Positions 59,026 to 64,000 of a stretch of 64,000 nucleotides of DNA are shown piece after piece; position 1 is the stretch's first letter; each line of letters begins with the position of its first letter. The notes below the pieces were generated by a model, which was given only the letters and a program-made list of their open reading frames with translations, searched no databases and was not told where the DNA came from. Origin of the DNA: a virus (taxonomy: Duplodnaviria > Heunggongvirae > Uroviricota > Caudoviricetes); the IMG/VR virus record IMGVR_UViG_3300035034_002381, positions 1 to 64,000 of that record, one strand, 5' to 3'. The position numbers and the translations under genes are program-made.

Positions 59026-59817
59026 ATGAGTACTAAAAACCAAGAAAAAAGATTATTATCCCAAGATCTTAAAGAGAAAAATTGGATTGGTGAAGTAGTA
59101 GAAAACGATGATCCCGAAATAGAATTCAGATGTAAAATAAAAGTCTTTGGACTATTTGATGATTTAGAAACAGATTCTATTCCCTGGGCATTTCCTGCTA
59201 ATCAAGGAATTTTTGCGTCTGAAGCGGGTGGTGCAGGTAGTGGTTCAGTTCCAAAAATCGGTACTTTACTCAAGGTGACTTTTGAAAATGGAGATATATA
59301 TTCTCCTATGTATCATGCAATACAAAATATTAACCCAGCACTTAAAGAAGAGATTAGAGATGATTATCTTGGATCACATGTGATTGCATATGATGAAGAT
59401 GCAGATTTAAAGATTTTATACCAACCTGATACCGGAATAAAAATCCATCTCAGAGATTCCCATGTTACAATTAATCCTGATGAAAGCATTACAATAGAAC
59501 ATAGGGATTCTTTAAGTATCATAGAACTTGTAGGCGATACAGTGAATGTAGTTACACAGAATAGAATAGAAATGACAGCAGATACGGATATTATTGCGAC
59601 TGCACCACAAGCTACTATTAATGGTACACAAAGAACTACGTTAGGTCCATTAGGTAATTTTGGTGCAGTAGGTTCTGAACCTTTATGGGCATTTCTAAAA
59701 AGTTTAGCAGCCGTAGTTGATGCTAAATGGCCTCCAACACCAGGTATTAATGCTGCAGCTGCAGCGGCAGGAGAAGTAGCAAGTACATCACTCAACAATA
59801 AAGTCTCAGTTCCGTAA
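59026..59817 (+). CDS. Baseplate central spike protein (gp5 / VgrG-type N-terminal OB-fold domain; no lysozyme domain)
   Basis: NWIGEVVENDDPEIEFRCKIKVFGLFDD...IPWAFP parallels the T4 gp5 N-terminus (FVGVVEDVMDPELRGRVRVRVHGLHD...LPWA). Confidence 0.5.
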   Translation: MSTKNQEKRLLSQDLKEKNWIGEVVENDDPEIEFRCKIKVFGLFDDLETDSIPWAFPANQGIFASEAGGAGSGSVPKIGTLLKVTFENGDIYSPMYHAIQNINPALKEEIRDDYLGSHVIAYDEDADLKILYQPDTGIKIHLRDSHVTINPDESITIEHRDSLSIIELVGDTVNVVTQNRIEMTADTDIIATAPQATINGTQRTTLGPLGNFGAVGSEPLWAFLKSLAAVVDAKWPPTPGINAAAAAAGEVASTSLNNKVSVP

Positions 59818-59827
59818 AAAATAAAAA

Positions 59828-62587
59828 ATGTCATTAGAACAAGCAACTTCAGAACTCAACAGATTATTAAACACTATACCAAATAGATCGGAAGAGATTC
59901 AAAATTTTATTGAGTTACAAAAAGAATCTTTCAGAAACATTGATGGTGAATTATTTCCTAAGACAGGATTTGAAGAATTATCTTCCGCTGAGTTATTAAA
60001 TATTATAGATCAAACTTATCCTGGGTTCAAAGAAAACTTTCAAGAAATATTCGATACAATTGTACCTGTCACAATTAACGAATTTGACTCTGATGTCTAT
60101 AGCGAAAAGGAAATTCTTGAAGTAATTGAAGATTGGAAGAAAGAATGTGCTATTAGATCGTTAGGTCAAGAAAATTTTTCTAAAGAAGAGATTATAGACT
60201 CTGTTAAAGAGTGTCGGCAACAAGTAGAAAATCCTATCATTCCGTTCACAAGACAAGAAATTATTAAGGCTGCATGTGAAAAAATTATAGAAGAATCGGA
60301 AGTAAATCCAGAAGCAGTCATTCCAGGAAACCCCGATATTGAAGATGTTATTGGTGTCGACACAATAGAACCTGAACTAGGAGTCCAAGAATTAGACAAT
60401 TTACTAGAAGCAATCAAGGATCCGACTGATGTGATAATTATCGGAAATACTTTAGACACAATCCTAGAAATTTTAGTAAAAGTTGGTGATCAAATCTCAT
60501 GTGCCACACCGTTATTTAGAACAGAATCTGGAATAATACCCGGAGGATTTGACTCAGGAGTTGTAAAAGAAATATTTGTGACTGTCGGAGATTCAATACA
60601 AAACACAGAATTAATTCACATAAATGTTCTTTCAAAAAGTAAGTTAGAAAAATCTTTTGCTGAATCTAAAGAACAGATATCAGAAATTCAACAAGCTGTG
60701 GCTCTAAAGGAACAACAATATCAAGCTGAAAAGAAATGGTATTTTTTAAGATTAGAAGAAGCTTGGTTATCAGGTCGCTATGAATCATATGAATATTATT
60801 TTTCTGGTTTTACTGAAGCATTACAAAGAAGAGATACAGAAAATCAAAGATTACAGGATTTAACACAAGAAATTACTGATATCGAAGATCAAATCAATAC
60901 ATTATTTCAGGGTTATGAAACTACATTTGGAACTGGATCATTACCATTAGCAACAAGACAAAATTTAAGAAGTTTAATAGATCTTAGAAATGTTATTTAT
61001 ATTCAGATTCAGGGTGCCGTTTCCATTATAAACCAAGCGAATGGTGAAATCTTACAATTAAGAAATGAACAATACATTTTTGCTGCTACTGAGGCTGATA
61101 TTAATGCGGAAATCACGTCCGAAACTTCTATTATTGACGATTCTATTTTTTCTGTAGATATTCAAGGTAATCCAGCACCGAATGGAAATTTTATTGTTAA
61201 TCCAATTTTTGATGGTGGTACCCAAGTTCAATTCTTTATTCCTTCACAAGAAACAGTGAATGCGTATCCATCATCAAGAACTTTGGCAAAAGGAGTTCAA
61301 CAAAGAATCGAAGAATTCACAAATGAATTAGGAATCAATAATACTATTTCTAGATATATGGACGATGACGATTATTCGTTTAGTTATAATTTATCGTTTA
61401 CACGATTCCCTATAGATATTGATGGAGATGACGATGACGCATGGATCGAAGCTGAAATTATATCTAGAGATAATAGGCGAGATAGATTGTCGGGACCCTT
61501 TCATAATTTACGAGTAGGATTTTATTTGTTTGTTACAGAATCTAGTGATACATTAAAATCTACACCAGCATGGAATATTGAAGTTAAGGAAAAGGAAAAC
61601 TTATTAAGACTAAATATTGATAGTGCTATTAATAATGCTGAAAATAGAATTCGAGATTATTCTAAACAATATGGCCACATTGCTATAAAACTTCAGGACG
61701 CGTTTTTAGAAATACCTGGCACTAGTACTTTAGATTCATTTAGAATTTCTCTAGAAAATAAAGGGGCTGAACGACAAGCAGCCGAAGAATTAGTCTCAAC
61801 TATTAGAGGTGGATTAGAATCAGCAGAAGAAAAAATTCAACAATTAGAAGAAACTCTGAATTCAATAGATAATAAGACTTGCGAATATTATAAGATTTAT
61901 TCCACAGAACTCAGAAATGATATTAATTTTAAATTATGTATTTGGCCACAAGCTACATCTTTAAACGGTAATGGTGGTAGTGAAAATGGAGTACCATTAG
62001 TAAATGAGGAAATTAATTATAGATCTAATCCAAGATCATTAGAAGAATCTCCACCAATAACTGATCTAGAATGGTGGAAAAAATTCTGTAATTTAGCAAC
62101 AATATTTAATTTAGTACCCATTTATTGGCCTATTGGATTATTAATTCCTAATCCTAGTGGTATACTCAAAATTCCTTTACCAGTTATTTGGAGACCTATA
62201 TTTGTATTACAGACTCCATTAGCATTGATTGTAATTGGAATTGCACAAGCCGGAGTATTACCTGGACCATTTGTTTTTGTACTAAATCCTAATGCGTTTA
62301 GTTTGGGGCCAGTAAGTTTAAATTCTTGTTGGTTTACTGGTGCAGTCAGACCATTCAAAAAAATTAAAAATAAACCAGGATCTCAAATTTTACCTATTGC
62401 ACCAATTATACAAATAGGATTGAACAAAATTGACATAAATCCGAGTGCTACTTCTTTGATTCCATTTATTAAGGATGATCTGCCACCATACGAAAGACTT
62501 TCTTTAAATAACATTCTATTTTTGTTATTCTTGAATAGTTGGTGTAGTGCTGGCAAGAAAAGCCAAGGATTTTTTACTAACCCCTAA
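59828..62587 (+). CDS. Large baseplate/tail structural protein with a hydrophobic Pro/Gly-rich C-terminal region
   Basis: 919 aa; C-terminus LIPNPSGILKIPLPVIWRPIFVLQTPLALIVIGIAQAGVLPGPFVFVLNPNAF. Confidence 0.3.
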   Translation: MSLEQATSELNRLLNTIPNRSEEIQNFIELQKESFRNIDGELFPKTGFEELSSAELLNIIDQTYPGFKENFQEIFDTIVPVTINEFDSDVYSEKEILEVIEDWKKECAIRSLGQENFSKEEIIDSVKECRQQVENPIIPFTRQEIIKAACEKIIEESEVNPEAVIPGNPDIEDVIGVDTIEPELGVQELDNLLEAIKDPTDVIIIGNTLDTILEILVKVGDQISCATPLFRTESGIIPGGFDSGVVKEIFVTVGDSIQNTELIHINVLSKSKLEKSFAESKEQISEIQQAVALKEQQYQAEKKWYFLRLEEAWLSGRYESYEYYFSGFTEALQRRDTENQRLQDLTQEITDIEDQINTLFQGYETTFGTGSLPLATRQNLRSLIDLRNVIYIQIQGAVSIINQANGEILQLRNEQYIFAATEADINAEITSETSIIDDSIFSVDIQGNPAPNGNFIVNPIFDGGTQVQFFIPSQETVNAYPSSRTLAKGVQQRIEEFTNELGINNTISRYMDDDDYSFSYNLSFTRFPIDIDGDDDDAWIEAEIISRDNRRDRLSGPFHNLRVGFYLFVTESSDTLKSTPAWNIEVKEKENLLRLNIDSAINNAENRIRDYSKQYGHIAIKLQDAFLEIPGTSTLDSFRISLENKGAERQAAEELVSTIRGGLESAEEKIQQLEETLNSIDNKTCEYYKIYSTELRNDINFKLCIWPQATSLNGNGGSENGVPLVNEEINYRSNPRSLEESPPITDLEWWKKFCNLATIFNLVPIYWPIGLLIPNPSGILKIPLPVIWRPIFVLQTPLALIVIGIAQAGVLPGPFVFVLNPNAFSLGPVSLNSCWFTGAVRPFKKIKNKPGSQILPIAPIIQIGLNKIDINPSATSLIPFIKDDLPPYERLSLNNILFLLFLNSWCSAGKKSQGFFTNP

Positions 62588-62634
62588 TTGATATATACTA
62601 AATAAACAATTATCAATTTTTTAAAAATAACAAA

Positions 62635-63840
62635 ATGAATAACATTACTGAACAAGGAGATCCAGATTTTGACTGGGCAACATATGAATCGGAAGATTTT
62701 AAAGGTTATAACAAGGATATCCAAAAAATCTATCCAGAGTCTAGAGTTTTATGTAGAAAAGACTATGCTTTAGATTTATACGAGTTAATGCTGGATTATC
62801 CAGTCAAAATTAAAGATGTCCAAGATGGAGATATAGTACAAATAACCTCTATTGAACCTGTCGAGGAATACACAGTATTAGTTACGACATATAATGGATT
62901 ATCTTTACGAGTAGATTTAACTAAAGAAAAAAGGTTCTGCGGGTTTTACGATTTAACACCCGAAGATTTATGGGAAGTTTTACAATCACCAGAAAATCAA
63001 ACAGAAATATTGGAGTCTGAACCAGTGTATATCGAAATTAAGAATACATCACAAGGGATAATTGGAAGCTTATCTAAAGCTCGAGATCATAAAGTTCAAC
63101 ATGATTTTCTTGAAGAAATTAAAAGCCCTTCTAGTGCATATCAAGCAAAGGTTGTTGGATTAAATAAGGGTGGATTTTTTGTAAAGGTTCAAGGTATTGA
63201 CGCATTTCTACCAGGTGGATTAGCTGCGGCAAATAAAATTACGAATTTTGAATCTTATTTAGGTAAAGAAATACCTGTAATGATTGAAGATTACTTGAAG
63301 GATAATGATACATTCATTGTTAGTAACAAAAAATATTTAGATCATATTTTACCAGGTAAAATTGCAAATTTATCCTTAGATAAGGAATATAAAGGTACAG
63401 TTACTGGTACTGCAAAGTTTGGTATTTTTATTGAATTTGATGAAATTTTTACTGGACTGATCCATGTTTCTAAAATGATTAAAGAAACCAAAGAACTTTT
63501 TAAGAACAGGGAAATTAAAGCAGGAGATGAAATGTATTTCTGGATCAAAGAAATCACTGATACTAACAAGATTATTTTGTCTGAAGAAAATCCTATGCTT
63601 AAAAAGATTGCGTTTGATCAATTCAAAGAAAGTAGTGTAGGAATGATTAAAGAAGGTAAAGTTATCTCAAACAAACCCTTTGGGACATTAGTCAAAATGG
63701 AAAAAGATATCATAGGATTAATTTCTAAAAAGGAATTAAAAACAAAAAATATTTTTCCTGAAGTAGGTGGAACTATTATGGTGACTGTGGATGATATCAA
63801 GAAAAATAAAATTTATCTTTCATTACCTAATGAAGCCTAA
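62635..63840 (+). CDS. rpsA: Ribosomal protein bS1 homolog (three to four S1 RNA-binding domains)
   Basis: Domain 2 VVGLNKGGFFVKVQGIDAFLPGGLAA matches E. coli S1 [26 protein letters not shown]. Domain 3 AKFGIFIEFDEIFTGLIHVSKM matches the S1 FGAFV...GLLHISE. Domain 1 has GDIVQITSIEPVEEYTVLV. Shorter (401 aa) than cellular S1. Confidence 0.7.
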   Translation: MNNITEQGDPDFDWATYESEDFKGYNKDIQKIYPESRVLCRKDYALDLYELMLDYPVKIKDVQDGDIVQITSIEPVEEYTVLVTTYNGLSLRVDLTKEKRFCGFYDLTPEDLWEVLQSPENQTEILESEPVYIEIKNTSQGIIGSLSKARDHKVQHDFLEEIKSPSSAYQAKVVGLNKGGFFVKVQGIDAFLPGGLAAANKITNFESYLGKEIPVMIEDYLKDNDTFIVSNKKYLDHILPGKIANLSLDKEYKGTVTGTAKFGIFIEFDEIFTGLIHVSKMIKETKELFKNREIKAGDEMYFWIKEITDTNKIILSEENPMLKKIAFDQFKESSVGMIKEGKVISNKPFGTLVKMEKDIIGLISKKELKTKNIFPEVGGTIMVTVDDIKKNKIYLSLPNEA

Positions 63841-64000
63841 ACATTATACACAGAATGAAATTTTAGAAGGTTCTAGAATAGGAATCGAGTTTGAGTTTTA
63901 TACCAAAATTTCACCAAATAAAGTAGGAAAAATGCTTTCTGAAAAATTAGGTAAAAACGTGGTAGTACCAAAATCTATTACCGAACTTGAGAAAAAAGAA

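Overview
The window is AT-rich, densely packed and almost entirely transcribed on the + strand. It reads as part of a large lytic, T4-like phage of a Bacteroidetes or Flavobacteriia host, judging by signal peptides of the MKK-hydrophobic-SQ type. All reasoning is from the translations and hand-folded RNA; no database searches were run. (1) Three clusters hold about 25 tRNA genes plus tRNA-like elements at 229-1094, 3360-4410 and 9156-10978. The oddities include a 4-member family of non-canonical tRNAs with Leu anticodons, acceptor/T-arm minihelices, and 110-130 nt tRNA-like modules. (2) Directly downstream of the second cluster lies a Ro60 ortholog (TROVE plus vWA, 4529-6472). This is a phage Ro60 / Y-RNA-like candidate system flanked by RNA-repair-type genes: a 2H phosphoesterase, a Pnkp-like kinase/phosphatase and a DEDD exonuclease. 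(3) A structural module contains a prohead protease/scaffold, the major capsid protein, a Vsr-like homing endonuclease followed by a recoded 31-bp copy of the capsid gene 3' end, baseplate and tail genes with a gp5-like spike, and a ribosomal protein S1 homolog. (4) A roughly 20-kb cluster of modification and metabolic genes includes a SET-domain protein, a HAD phosphatase, a LicC-LicA-like nucleotidyltransferase-kinase, a GT2-TPR protein, an FkbM methyltransferase, a PRPP-synthetase-like plus NAMPT-like pair (NAD+ salvage or reconstitution), a BGT-like glycosyltransferase, a C5-cytosine methyltransferase, LicD, a GT25 protein, a pyruvyl-transferase-like protein, a dNMP-kinase-like protein, and a ThyA-family enzyme with the Asn-to-Asp change typical of dCMP hydroxymethylases. 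Together these suggest hypermodified (hmC-type, possibly glycosylated) DNA. (5) A recurrent TAAAACTT(T)-N15-18-TATATAA motif upstream of many genes is probably a phage promoter, and several rho-independent terminators are present.
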